Both the position numbers and the translations under genes were made by a program. Under the pieces are notes generated by a model. The model worked only from the letters and a program-made list of their open reading frames with translations. It ran no database searches and was not told the DNA's origin. From Candidatus Gottesmanbacteria bacterium (lineage in GTDB: Bacteria > Patescibacteriota > Microgenomatia > UBA10105 > UBA927), in assembly GCA_023245355.1 (NCBI GenBank), contig JAHFKN010000002.1:72460-136459 (forward strand): a stretch of 64,000 bases of DNA, in the 5' to 3' direction. Of the stretch, positions 1 through 9,636 are shown piece by piece (the first letter of the stretch is position 1; each line of letters starts with the position of its first letter).

Positions 1-609
1 CTTACGCTTACCGTACATAAAGGTGAAAAAATAGGAATAATCGGCAGGAACGGCAGCGGAAAAACCACACTGCTTAAAATTATGGCCGGCATCACAGCGC
101 CTACCAGCGGTAGGGTACAGACCTATGGCAGAGTGGTCTCGCTTATTGATCTCGAAGCGGGATTTCATGCGGACCTTACCGGATATCAGAATATATATTT
201 AAACGGCATGCTGCTTGGAATGAGCCGCCGGGAAATCGAAGCCAAAATCAAAGACATTATCGCATTTGCCGACCTTAAACAATTCATTGACGCTCCGCTG
301 TTTACCTATTCAAGCGGCATGGCGCTGCGCCTCGGATTTGCCGTTGCCGTCCATGCGGAGCCGGATATTTTACTTCTGGATGAAAACCTCTCTGCGGGAG
401 ATGCCAATTTCAGAATAAAAGCCCGGCGCAAACTCCAGGAATTTTTTCGGGAAGAAAAAACGATCATTGTGGTCACACACTATCTGGACTTTATCGCGGA
501 GACGTGTGACCGGATCATACACATCAAAAACGGGGCGGTTGTACGTGACGGCGGACTCGAAATATTGTCCCAATACGATCCCGACTGGAAGCGGCCGCAA
601 AAGAAATAA
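1..609 (+). CDS. Wzt/TagH-type polysaccharide ABC transporter ATP-binding subunit (5'-truncated by window)
   Basis: Frame open from base 1: Walker A GRNGSGKT, AGFHADLTGYQNI, YSSGM..RLGFAVA signature, LLLDE, VTH. Confidence 0.9.
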   Translation, partial: LTLTVHKGEKIGIIGRNGSGKTTLLKIMAGITAPTSGRVQTYGRVVSLIDLEAGFHADLTGYQNIYLNGMLLGMSRREIEAKIKDIIAFADLKQFIDAPLFTYSSGMALRLGFAVAVHAEPDILLLDENLSAGDANFRIKARRKLQEFFREEKTIIVVTHYLDFIAETCDRIIHIKNGAVVRDGGLEILSQYDPDWKRPQKK

Positions 610-630
610 GCAGGTACCGAAAAAAATTAG

Positions 631-1986
631 TTACTTCCGGAGAATATAATATGTAGCGTCCCCGGTATCCTCCAAAACCTCAAAACGCGATGTCACGTAC
701 GGCACGAGGTTCCGGTACACCGGTAATAACGGCTTCGGCGCGACGATGAAATCGACATGATTTATTTCGATGTCATACATCTCCCGCGCGATAAAATCGG
801 GGAAAAACGAATCAACCAACGGGTACCGGATCGGAAAATGATTCGGGGGAATTCTGTTTATCATCGCATAAAGTTCTGCCTGTTCGCCCATGACAAACAG
901 CCGGCGGTCCGTAAGTACTCCGCGTGAAAGATATGCTGCTATCCGCGCACTTTTTTCTTCTTCCCACCAGGGGATACGGGTTGCAGCACGCGTGACAAAT
1001 ATCTCGACACTGTATGTCACAAGCAGCAAATAGAGTATGAGCGCAGATGCAAACAGCCGTTTTCTGAACAAAGCCGGCAAGGCCCGCAATATCTCTCCTA
1101 TTGTTATGCAATAAAATGCCGCCATGGGAACCAGATGTTCTTTTCCGAATTCCACCCTGAGAAACACGAGCGACATAACGGCAAACGAAAGGGGGATAGC
1201 GATATTACGGGGGAACGGAATCCGCTCTATAAGAATGAGTCCGAACATCAAAAGTAACGAGGAAGAAATAAGCAGCGGATAATCGGACACGGGACTCCCG
1301 ACATAATGCTTGAGGATATACGCATTAAATTGCACGATATCAGTCCACAATTGCGTATGAGCGCCGAGTGCAGTTGCGGCACCGGCCACGAACACCCAAC
1401 TCAGCAAAAACATCCACAGGACGGACAGGTGCCGGTAATAATACAGTACCGGAACAAGTATGATTGCGGCGTTCGGCTTTATAAAAGAACTGACGGCGAC
1501 AAGTAATCCTACCAGTATGGATTTCCACCTCACTTCAGGTACACCTGTAATCAGAAGATAGATTCCCAAATAGACGGTCGTAACGGCCGTTTCATACCAC
1601 AGATGATTTATCGATACGGCGTTTGTTAACGACGTGTAGACGGTCAGAATCAACACAAAATCAAAAAGACGGGCGCGTCGGAATATAACGCTCACGAAGA
1701 GCAAATTCAGACTGAGCAGACCCCAGTACACATACCGTAACAGCCCGAAATTTCCGCTTTGTACGACGGGTGCGAGCAGATAATACAGAAAAAATCCGTG
1801 GTGGTCGAAAAAATCCCGGTAGGGCACCATGCCCCGGCTGACAAGCCAGGGGGAGAAAAATAATTCCGGCCAGGTGGTCAGTTTCGTAGACCAAATAAGT
1901 GCCGTTTGAGCGGCAAACAGCAGAAAAACTGCAGTGATATACGGCACAACGTGCCTATTTTTCTTCCAGATATTTTCCGTCTTCAT
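631..1986 (-). CDS. Polytopic membrane protein, GT-C/ArnT-like glycosyltransferase
   Basis: Many TM helices; G.VPYRDFFDHH motif after TM1; start uncertain (MKTENIW chosen). Confidence 0.6.
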   Translation of the reverse strand: MKTENIWKKNRHVVPYITAVFLLFAAQTALIWSTKLTTWPELFFSPWLVSRGMVPYRDFFDHHGFFLYYLLAPVVQSGNFGLLRYVYWGLLSLNLLFVSVIFRRARLFDFVLILTVYTSLTNAVSINHLWYETAVTTVYLGIYLLITGVPEVRWKSILVGLLVAVSSFIKPNAAIILVPVLYYYRHLSVLWMFLLSWVFVAGAATALGAHTQLWTDIVQFNAYILKHYVGSPVSDYPLLISSSLLLMFGLILIERIPFPRNIAIPLSFAVMSLVFLRVEFGKEHLVPMAAFYCITIGEILRALPALFRKRLFASALILYLLLVTYSVEIFVTRAATRIPWWEEEKSARIAAYLSRGVLTDRRLFVMGEQAELYAMINRIPPNHFPIRYPLVDSFFPDFIAREMYDIEINHVDFIVAPKPLLPVYRNLVPYVTSRFEVLEDTGDATYYILRK

Positions 1987-3361
1987 TGATGCTCCAGAGA
2001 TCATGTGCGTCCCGATGTTGATAATTTTCCGCCGCATGTATCCCGCTTTCCATTGCATGATCCATATTATTGTACTTATACATCCCGCCGCGCCCGATCA
2101 GAGTCACATTCGTAAACGTGCTTACGTATTCCTTTATTACGTCAAATGCCTTTTCGTACCCCAAGTAATATGCAGGATATGCATCTGCCTCACGGACTAC
2201 GAAACTTCCGACAAGCTTCTGGTCGGAAAGCAACCCTGCGGATGTAAGCTCGGAATATGCAAAGTGTTGAAGATAGGTATCGGTCTCATGCCACAATCGA
2301 TCTTCTTTAAAAACAAAATATTCGACGGAAAGCGCGTGAGTTTTCCGTAAAGACGCGTTCGGTTGGAAATTATTATAATTTGTTACCCTGGCCATTTGGA
2401 AATCAGGGGAATGGATATACAACCACTGATCGGGAAACGGACTCGCCCCGCGTACGAGCAGATTTACCGTAATATGGTCACGATACCGCAGGCGCCGTGC
2501 AGCAGCCAGAACCGTTTTAGGCGGGGCGGGGGAGAGGGCAGTGATAAATGCCGTAATCGGCATACTGGAAAACACATGTGCGGGGGTTTCCGTTACCCGT
2601 TTACCGTGCTTTATATAATCCACACGGATTATTTTTCTGTCTTTATGATGAATACCGGTGACATGGCTCTGATACCGGAACGTAACGCGCTCCTTTCCGA
2701 ATGTTTCTGCCATGCGGGTATACATCTGTCCGCTGCCCCGTACCGGATAATAAAACGATCGGACCAGACTTTTCGGATCGGCCGGCGGCCTGATATTGAA
2801 CGCTGCAAGAACAAGCGACACAACACTCAGATTTTGAATCCGTTGCACTGCCCATTTTGCGCTGATCCTGTCACAGGATACGCCCCATACTTTTTCTGTA
2901 TATGTCTTAAAAAAAATGGAGTAGAGCCTGTACCCGAAGCGTGCAGTAACCCACTGTGTAAACGTTTCGGCAGGCGGCCGGAACAAACGGAGTTTTGCCG
3001 CAAGATAACTGAAAACGCTCAATATCACATCTTTCGGTCCGAGTTTTTTCATCACATCCCACGCGTCGAGAGGGTACGAAAACAGCTTGCCGCCATACAG
3101 CACCCGGGTTAACCGATGTACCGGATGAAATCCCGCACCCAGGGTTTTTTTCCATAATGAATCTATGGCCGGATTTTTCGTATAAAACCTGTGCGGGCCG
3201 ACATCAAACCAATGACCCTGAAAAAAAACACTCCTCGCGAGACCGCCGGGATGGGTATTCCGGTCCAAAACGACAATATGCTGTTTCTCTTTTTCTTTTT
3301 GAAGGGTCAGGGCGCAGGAAAGGCCGGCAGGACCTGCTCCGATAATAACGATGCGACGCAT
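1955..3361 (-). CDS. FAD-dependent oxidoreductase (UDP-galactopyranose mutase/protoporphyrinogen oxidase-like)
   Basis: IIGAGPAGL Rossmann motif, GGLARS, DVGPHRF, GRGGMYKYNNMDHAM. Confidence 0.8.
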   Translation of the reverse strand: MRRIVIIGAGPAGLSCALTLQKEKEKQHIVVLDRNTHPGGLARSVFFQGHWFDVGPHRFYTKNPAIDSLWKKTLGAGFHPVHRLTRVLYGGKLFSYPLDAWDVMKKLGPKDVILSVFSYLAAKLRLFRPPAETFTQWVTARFGYRLYSIFFKTYTEKVWGVSCDRISAKWAVQRIQNLSVVSLVLAAFNIRPPADPKSLVRSFYYPVRGSGQMYTRMAETFGKERVTFRYQSHVTGIHHKDRKIIRVDYIKHGKRVTETPAHVFSSMPITAFITALSPAPPKTVLAAARRLRYRDHITVNLLVRGASPFPDQWLYIHSPDFQMARVTNYNNFQPNASLRKTHALSVEYFVFKEDRLWHETDTYLQHFAYSELTSAGLLSDQKLVGSFVVREADAYPAYYLGYEKAFDVIKEYVSTFTNVTLIGRGGMYKYNNMDHAMESGIHAAENYQHRDAHDLWSINEDGKYLEEK

Positions 3362-3368
3362 GCTAGCC

Positions 3369-3386
3369 ATTGTAGCATGCTATAAT
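3369..3386. promoter_or_regulatory. Back-to-back extended -10 elements (bidirectional promoter)
   Basis: ATTGTAGCA|TGCTATAAT reads TGCTACAAT on - and TGCTATAAT on +, between divergent genes. Confidence 0.6.
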
Positions 3387-3416
3387 CGACTTCACAGCAG
3401 AAACTTTCCTATACTC

Positions 3417-4127
3417 ATGGGCACATCCGGGCGACTGATTGTCAGCTTCCATATCACAAAATGCGCCGGCCAATGGCTCGCCAAATCCATACGCGATAAT
3501 TACCCACCTAACGCCAGTACATTTCTTTATCAAACACGCCGCAACCCGTCGTACGAGTCTCTTCCGTTCCTCCGGGCATATTTTTTTTTCCTGCCGAAAG
3601 CCCTCCGGCAAACGCTCCGCATCATTCACGGACACGGCGCATTTTGGGGAATTCACGAATATTTTCCTGACCGGACAACAGAATACAGCGTCATGCTGCG
3701 CGAGCCGGTCGCACGGACTATTTCCCATTATTACTATTTCCGGAGGTCACCCGGAGCCCGCGATTCAAGAAAAAGCCTGTTTGATGAACACGGGAAGCTC
3801 AGAACGCTTTCTGACTGGGTGACCCATACGCCTTCGGCCCAGAATCACATGGTCCGGTTTCTGTATGCGCGCTTATTTCACCGGGAAATTGAAGGGAACG
3901 TCACCGAACGTGAATATCGTGAGACGCTGCGGCGTCTTAAATCTTTTGCATTCGTCGGCCACATTGACAGGCCGGGGGATAAAGAGAAATTATTAACGTT
4001 TCTTGATATAAAAAAACCGGCCCGGCCGGTTAACAAATCCGTTCGGCACTCCGTGCCGACCATAGCTGACCTAGAACGCATTCAAAAACTGAATGAATTC
4101 GACATAAAACTCTACGCGGAAACGTAA
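3417..4127 (+). CDS. Sulfotransferase family protein
   Basis: FHITKCAG (5'-PSB-like) and LREPVARTISHYYY (3'-PB-like) motifs; C-terminal N..D..LY. Confidence 0.75.
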   Translation: MGTSGRLIVSFHITKCAGQWLAKSIRDNYPPNASTFLYQTRRNPSYESLPFLRAYFFFLPKALRQTLRIIHGHGAFWGIHEYFPDRTTEYSVMLREPVARTISHYYYFRRSPGARDSRKSLFDEHGKLRTLSDWVTHTPSAQNHMVRFLYARLFHREIEGNVTEREYRETLRRLKSFAFVGHIDRPGDKEKLLTFLDIKKPARPVNKSVRHSVPTIADLERIQKLNEFDIKLYAET

Positions 4128-4154
4128 CGGTCGGCTTACAATAACGTAAAACCG

Positions 4155-4253
4155 TTATGAGGCTACGGTAGCAAACGCGGTGAGCTCAATCTTCTCTGAA
4201 GTCTTTGCCGGTTTCTTGTATGACTTCTTGACTGGCGCTGTTATCTGTTTCAT
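4155..4253 (-). CDS. 32-aa putative RiPP precursor peptide MKQITAPVKKSYKKPAKTSEKIELTAFATVAS (not in ORF track)
   Basis: Translated by hand. AGGAGG RBS 7 nt upstream; KKxYxxP RRE-type leader motif; directly downstream of PqqD/RRE gene. Confidence 0.8.
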   Translation of the reverse strand: MKQITAPVKKSYKKPAKTSEKIELTAFATVAS

Positions 4254-4260
4254 AGATTTT

Positions 4261-4302
4261 CCTCCTACTTTTTATAGTAAGCATGCTCTTACCGATTGTC
4301 AA
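4261..4302 (-). promoter_or_regulatory. sigma70 promoter and Shine-Dalgarno site for the small peptide
   Basis: TTGACA (4302-4297), 17 nt, TACTAT (4279-4274); AGGAGG (4266-4261). Confidence 0.75.
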
Positions 4303-4585
4303 CAACAAAAAGCTTTCCGCTGCCCGATTCTGATTGTATGAATGCGATGACATCTTTTTGTGCCTGCTTTACGGAAACATCATACGAAGAGGCTACCGCC
4401 GCAATAATAGCTGACACCTTCCTGGGACTCTTAAGAAACTCCCATATAAAACTACCGACGTCATTATACGTATGAAGGATCATATGGGAATCGTCAAAAA
4501 CGTAGAGCGTTTCACCTACAACCCTAGTCGCGGCCTCCGGATTCCTGCGGATTTTGGTTTCTTCCCGTACTGAGTCTTTCTTCAT
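4289..4585 (-). CDS. PqqD family protein / stand-alone RiPP recognition element (RRE)
   Basis: 98 aa; RVVGE..hVF, TYNDVGSFIWE, YDVS..QAQKDV..F pattern. Confidence 0.85.
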   Translation of the reverse strand: MKKDSVREETKIRRNPEAATRVVGETLYVFDDSHMILHTYNDVGSFIWEFLKSPRKVSAIIAAVASSYDVSVKQAQKDVIAFIQSESGSGKLFVVDNR

Positions 4586-5433
4586 AATTTGGTAATCAGG
4601 GCAAGAAATTTTTTACTTCTGCTGAATTCCAGATTGTAATGCCGGTAAAATCTGGATGTAAATAATTTTATCCCAAGTGACAGAAGAAATAAATAGCGGG
4701 GGGAATACTCAATGAACTTGAGATTCGGCCGGAGATGCCGCTGTAGCCTCGACAGTGTTATTGACCTCGGAACAGGCACGAGCACATCCTGTTGTTGATC
4801 TGTATGACGCAGCCACAGGCATTTATCAAGCGGATATCTGCCCGTTACGGAAACCTGTATGTTCGGATCAAAGGGGTTTGCAATAACCGAATACCCGTTG
4901 TTCTCGGGGATAACAACGGTAATATCATCGGAAAGCTGCGGTGCCTGTGATAACCTCGCGATCGTCGATTTTCCGACGCCCTGCCTGCCGATAAATACAT
5001 ACGCGTTTTTCCCTATAACGACGGAGGACGCGTGCAACATAAATCCTCCCTGTTCCAGGATATGAAAAAAATACAGCATGGAAAATATCGGGTTCAGCCC
5101 CCGCGCAGTCGGTGCAATGCGGAACGCCCCTTTCCAGCTTTTGATGTTAATTTCTCCTTTTGCCGGCCGTTCCAGCCGAAGACTCAACATGTCACCCGTT
5201 TGACGCACTGCATTCGGTTCTTTCGTCAATGTTGAGTCGACGGTAATATCCAGATACATATGGCTTGTAACAGTAGCGTTGCTCTTGGGAGGCTCGAAAC
5301 TCTTTACTACTGCATAGAACGCGTCGGACGACCCGCGGAGCATCACGTGGATACAAAGATTATCAGCAATAATCGAAAAACGGCGGATATCAGACATACC
5401 GGTGTAAATATGTAATAATCTTTTTTTCCGCAT
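4582..5433 (-). CDS. HPr-kinase-related P-loop kinase (lasso-peptide kinase/ScmC-like)
   Basis: LHASSV, Walker A GRQGVGKST, LSDD motifs. Confidence 0.8.
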   Translation of the reverse strand: MRKKRLLHIYTGMSDIRRFSIIADNLCIHVMLRGSSDAFYAVVKSFEPPKSNATVTSHMYLDITVDSTLTKEPNAVRQTGDMLSLRLERPAKGEINIKSWKGAFRIAPTARGLNPIFSMLYFFHILEQGGFMLHASSVVIGKNAYVFIGRQGVGKSTIARLSQAPQLSDDITVVIPENNGYSVIANPFDPNIQVSVTGRYPLDKCLWLRHTDQQQDVLVPVPRSITLSRLQRHLRPNLKFIEYSPRYLFLLSLGIKLFTSRFYRHYNLEFSRSKKFLALITKL

Positions 5434-6376
5434 CCGTCCTCAGCCGGCGCAACAATAATTCACCCGATGCATTCATGTTCCGATACGGTCTGACGGAAAT
5501 GCCGACCGCATCAAATAGTGTATTCATAGATTTTGTCCGGGATCCGTTCATAAGCTGATACGTAAGGAGACGCAAATGAAATGAAGTAAACGCGCGAATC
5601 ATCCGCTCCGTGAGGACTCCAACTGTAGGTTGTGAATGCCTGACACGAATTGTATCAAGGGACTCTCCCCAATACAATTCGCCGGTCATATAGGCATCAA
5701 AGTGTTCTTCCAGCCGGCGCGGGGATATAGTGACCGATATATCGGTTCTCCGTATCCTAAATCCCATATGGTTCAGCCTGACGCTGAATTCCATGTCGTC
5801 GTTATAGCGAAGCACGGTAGCCCCCAATTGTATGCCGCCGCTTTGCCTGTAGGCACGGCGCGTAACCGCATAAAACGGTCCCTGGAATATCTCCGGCCGC
5901 CATCCCCGGGTTGCCTGCGACAATCGTTTCCGCCGTCCGACCAGCGTCGTGTACATAGTGCGTTTTTTGGTACTCCACCCGGTATATATGTCCCAGGGGA
6001 ATACAAAGGATCCGTATATGCCGTCCGTTTTCGGCTTGTTGATCTCATTCCATACGTCATGGACAAACGCAGGGGACACCCGGGAATCCGCATCCAATTT
6101 AACAAGCACACGGCTATCAAGCGCTGCTTCAAAACCATGCTTTGTTGCCTCTGCAATCCCGCGTACAGGTTCATGCAGCAGGAGATAGGGAAGCGCTAAT
6201 TTCCGGCACCACTCCGTAACCGAACGAACTGTACGGTCACGGGATCCGTTATCGACAATCACCAAACGGAACGGGGGGTGCGGTTTATGCTGCACGACAA
6301 ACTGTCGTAACATTTCACCGATAATCGGTTCTTCATTCAGAACAGGCACGATAAGTGAAATCGGATATGGTGTCAT
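5390..6376 (-). CDS. GT2 glycosyltransferase
   Basis: SLIVPVLNEE, VDNGSRD, LDADS, NDDMEFS. Confidence 0.85.
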   Translation of the reverse strand: MTPYPISLIVPVLNEEPIIGEMLRQFVVQHKPHPPFRLVIVDNGSRDRTVRSVTEWCRKLALPYLLLHEPVRGIAEATKHGFEAALDSRVLVKLDADSRVSPAFVHDVWNEINKPKTDGIYGSFVFPWDIYTGWSTKKRTMYTTLVGRRKRLSQATRGWRPEIFQGPFYAVTRRAYRQSGGIQLGATVLRYNDDMEFSVRLNHMGFRIRRTDISVTISPRRLEEHFDAYMTGELYWGESLDTIRVRHSQPTVGVLTERMIRAFTSFHLRLLTYQLMNGSRTKSMNTLFDAVGISVRPYRNMNASGELLLRRLRTDAEKKIITYLHRYV

Positions 6377-6379
6377 AAC

Positions 6380-7294
6380 CTATGAACTCTTCGGCTTATA
6401 CGGTGTGACGCGCCAGCGCATCGAAGTTATATCGGTATCCTGCAGATGGTGTTTTGTGCCATACGGTGCACGATACCAGTGACCGACATACGCATCCGTA
6501 AGATTATTCTTTTGTGTATCTTCAAGCCGGGAATTGTCGATAGCGCGGGAAACGGACCGTCTGCTTTGTAACACCGAATCCCTGCCTCCTGCCACGACGA
6601 CGATATTCTGCACACGCGCGGCATCTTCGGGATGCTGCGGAAATACCCGTACGAATGCAAAATAGGTTCTGAGAATCGCCGCAGTTGATCGCCAAAGCCA
6701 TGCCCCTTTTCCTGTTATGGGACCGATATGATTTATGACAAGATATCCGTCGGTACGAAGTATGGTCGCTATTTTTTGAAATGACTCCGTTGTATACGTG
6801 GAAAGCTCCTGAGATGAAAGCATCCCGGGAAATAGCACCGATCCGGAATCCGCATCCGGCCAGTACAGGTTCCCCATGGTGATATCTACAAATATCAAAT
6901 CGAAATGGCGCGTTGTACGGAGGCGGTTTACGTCATCACGTGCAAACCGGCATATGACCTCCATATTTTTGCGGAACCCATGCCTGTGTTTCCGTATAAC
7001 ATCAATAACCACATCATCCGCTTCCACTACCCGTACCAGGCACTCAGGGTATGTTGCCGCAAAATAGTCCGAGCAAACAAATGCGCCGCCTCCCAGATGA
7101 AGAATGCGGGACGGGGGAGCTCCCAATTCGGCTATCTTTGTATAAATTTTATAATCCCGCCGCTGCATGTCTCCGTCCGCACCCGCACCGGAAGAAATAA
7201 TCCCGCCGCTGTGTGTGTCCAGACGGAATTCCGAAAAAAATCTGGTATGCCCGAAAAACACTGTTGTTAATTTGTTATGTAATTTCATGATCAT
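6380..7294 (-). CDS. Spermidine-synthase-like SAM-dependent methyltransferase
   Basis: RILHLGGG, VVEAD..VI, FDLIFVD, QNIVVVA. Confidence 0.7.
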   Translation of the reverse strand: MIMKLHNKLTTVFFGHTRFFSEFRLDTHSGGIISSGAGADGDMQRRDYKIYTKIAELGAPPSRILHLGGGAFVCSDYFAATYPECLVRVVEADDVVIDVIRKHRHGFRKNMEVICRFARDDVNRLRTTRHFDLIFVDITMGNLYWPDADSGSVLFPGMLSSQELSTYTTESFQKIATILRTDGYLVINHIGPITGKGAWLWRSTAAILRTYFAFVRVFPQHPEDAARVQNIVVVAGGRDSVLQSRRSVSRAIDNSRLEDTQKNNLTDAYVGHWYRAPYGTKHHLQDTDITSMRWRVTPYKPKSS

Positions 7295-7953
7295 GCCAAT
7301 CTGTGTATACGGCGGATTTCATCCGTATGCCGGTCAATAAGTTTCCGCACATACTCAGGCCCGAATTTCAAAAGATAATGTGCTGATGAAAACGGGGGGA
7401 CCGAAGGATCGTTCCAATCACTGAAAATAAGCCGGATTCCCGCTGCTTTAAACTCTCTCTCGTTAAGATAGGAGTGTGCCCCCATGCCGGAAATAAATAC
7501 GGTGGCTCCCACAAAATGACATATTTCAATAATACGGGCGACACGATCCTTACTTTTCACCGTAATGTCGCTGCTCCGCAAAAAATTCCTTCTGATGGAT
7601 AACGAATGCAAAATCCATTCCGACATGGCGATATTGAGAGCAGATAAATTCTGCCACGGCCTGCCGTAGATTTCGTCCGGAATTTTTCCGTACGCCATGC
7701 GCAGCGTACTTACGTGTTTTTTCCGCCAATGATCACCGCTTATGCTGACATCCTTTATTTTCTGTCCGTATTTGTAGCGCACCGGAACGGTAAGCCATTG
7801 CCAGGAGTCACCTGACTGTATACGGTTCCTGTTTTGGAACCCGTCCTTTTCGTATTGGACATCATCATAAAAAATATGCGTATCGGAAAGCGCAATTTTT
7901 GCGATATGGCCAAGATACGGCAGGTACTCCGGCTGATGCATGGAAAGTATCAT
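7291..7953 (-). CDS. WbqC family protein
   Basis: HQPEYLPYLG, DDVQY...FQNRNRI, WLTVPV. Confidence 0.9.
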   Translation of the reverse strand: MILSMHQPEYLPYLGHIAKIALSDTHIFYDDVQYEKDGFQNRNRIQSGDSWQWLTVPVRYKYGQKIKDVSISGDHWRKKHVSTLRMAYGKIPDEIYGRPWQNLSALNIAMSEWILHSLSIRRNFLRSSDITVKSKDRVARIIEICHFVGATVFISGMGAHSYLNEREFKAAGIRLIFSDWNDPSVPPFSSAHYLLKFGPEYVRKLIDRHTDEIRRIHRLA

Positions 7954-8975
7954 ACTGTTATATGTGCCGCCTCAGAAAACATTGACTCCCACTCCCGCGC
8001 AATAGTTACCCAGTCATAATAGGATACAGACTGTCTGTTATGCCGGTCGATCCGCATGCGCAGCACCGGATTATTCAGCAGATTCACGGCTGCGTTTACA
8101 AATTTCTTTCTGTAAACCGGAGAGCCGGGTGTTCCCGTAATCAACACGTTCCCCCGGGCAGTTTCCGGCAGTGCTCCCCGGGCAGATGTCACAATGGCGA
8201 CACCTGCCGCACGCGCTTCCAGCACCGTCATGCTGCTCGTCTCCAATTCCGTGTTCGGATACAACAGCACCCCCGCACGAAGCATTGCTTTTGCCAGCTC
8301 CTTCTTCGGAAGAAGAGGGGCGACGGTTACCCCGGGAAGCTGTTTCAGATCAGAAAGAATCCGCTCTGCTTTTTTCGAAACGGCTTCACCATAAAGCGCC
8401 CGGGAGGCAATAACCATGAATGTCGAGTCGGGTACCCTGGCATGAATCTGTTTCCAAATTCCGGACAGATATTCCAGACCATCCCCGTGACCGGACACAT
8501 ACAGACATGAACGCGGATTTTTCTTCGTTTTTCCCTGATACAACAGACTCCTGACTCCGTTTCTGGATATGAAAATTTTTCCTTTAGGAATACCTAGTTG
8601 CCCGTATAATCCCGCCTGAAATTCCGAAATGGCAATCACACGATAGACTGCACGGATAAACCGCCGGAGAGTGACAGGGTGTGTCAGCGGAATAAAAGAC
8701 GGCTCTGTTATTAAGTCGGGAGACCAAAAAAACGTGCAGGGCGCAATCGACGGGTACAGAAGTACGATTGCAGGATTTCGTTTCACCACAAGCATATCTG
8801 CACGGGGCGCTGATCTGAGCTCATCGGGGTGCGTATATAAACGGACGTCATGACCCAACAGACGAAGTGCGTACACCATCTCCAGAACAGCAGTCTCTGT
8901 ACCGGGAAGCGGTGAAGCATCCGGTTTCACATCCCTGTAGGTAATCGGGCTACGGTAGTAGATCGCTATTTTCAT
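7950..8975 (-). CDS. GT4 glycosyltransferase
   Basis: GTE near N-terminus, ETSSMTVLEARAAG (Ex7E), GALPET, YDW. Confidence 0.85.
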   Translation of the reverse strand: MKIAIYYRSPITYRDVKPDASPLPGTETAVLEMVYALRLLGHDVRLYTHPDELRSAPRADMLVVKRNPAIVLLYPSIAPCTFFWSPDLITEPSFIPLTHPVTLRRFIRAVYRVIAISEFQAGLYGQLGIPKGKIFISRNGVRSLLYQGKTKKNPRSCLYVSGHGDGLEYLSGIWKQIHARVPDSTFMVIASRALYGEAVSKKAERILSDLKQLPGVTVAPLLPKKELAKAMLRAGVLLYPNTELETSSMTVLEARAAGVAIVTSARGALPETARGNVLITGTPGSPVYRKKFVNAAVNLLNNPVLRMRIDRHNRQSVSYYDWVTIAREWESMFSEAAHITV

Positions 8976-9633
8976 ATGCGGATGCAGTACGGCCGGGGAG
9001 CAGGCTGCCTATTTTGGAAAGCAGGGATTTGATTTTATATTTCCACGGATAAAAATCCACCAGGTGGGAAATGAATACGGGTTTCTCCGAACGTTTCATG
9101 ATAATGACCATGTTTGGCATATCTATCGGTACAAACACATAGTCGGTCCGGTTTTTCCGTATCCAGGATAAAACAAACTGGGTAGATTCATACGTGGCGT
9201 CATGAAATACTATATATCCGTTCGTTTCGAGCATCAGGTCAGAAAAATAAAAATCCAGGAAAATCTCATCAAACCTGTGCCCGCCGTCAATAAAAATAAA
9301 TTGAAATGTTTCACCCGCTTTTGAAAGGGCGGGGAGCACGAAGTGCGAATAATCCCCGTAAAACGTGAGGCGCGTACGGAATCCGAGCCGGTCAAGGTTA
9401 AATAATCCCAAATACCGGTACCGCTTTTGAAACGGGTCGATTACTCTGTGACGAGCTCCCGTCGCGTGCATGATATACGCTGCGGAATATCCGAACCCGA
9501 GTCCTATTTCCAGCGTTTTTTTGACAGCATGCTTTGTGATGAAGTCGTGCAGGAATTCCGCTTCATTTCCTGCGATAGAAGAAATACGGTATTGTTTCGG
9601 AATAACGATGGTTTGTTCAATGAATGGAATCAT
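8950..9633 (-). CDS. Class I SAM methyltransferase (Methyltransf_24-like)
   Basis: LEIGLGFGYS, IDPF, FIFIDGGH, IVFHD. Confidence 0.85.
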   Translation of the reverse strand: MIPFIEQTIVIPKQYRISSIAGNEAEFLHDFITKHAVKKTLEIGLGFGYSAAYIMHATGARHRVIDPFQKRYRYLGLFNLDRLGFRTRLTFYGDYSHFVLPALSKAGETFQFIFIDGGHRFDEIFLDFYFSDLMLETNGYIVFHDATYESTQFVLSWIRKNRTDYVFVPIDMPNMVIIMKRSEKPVFISHLVDFYPWKYKIKSLLSKIGSLLPGRTASAYENSDLLP

Positions 9634-9636
9634 ACG

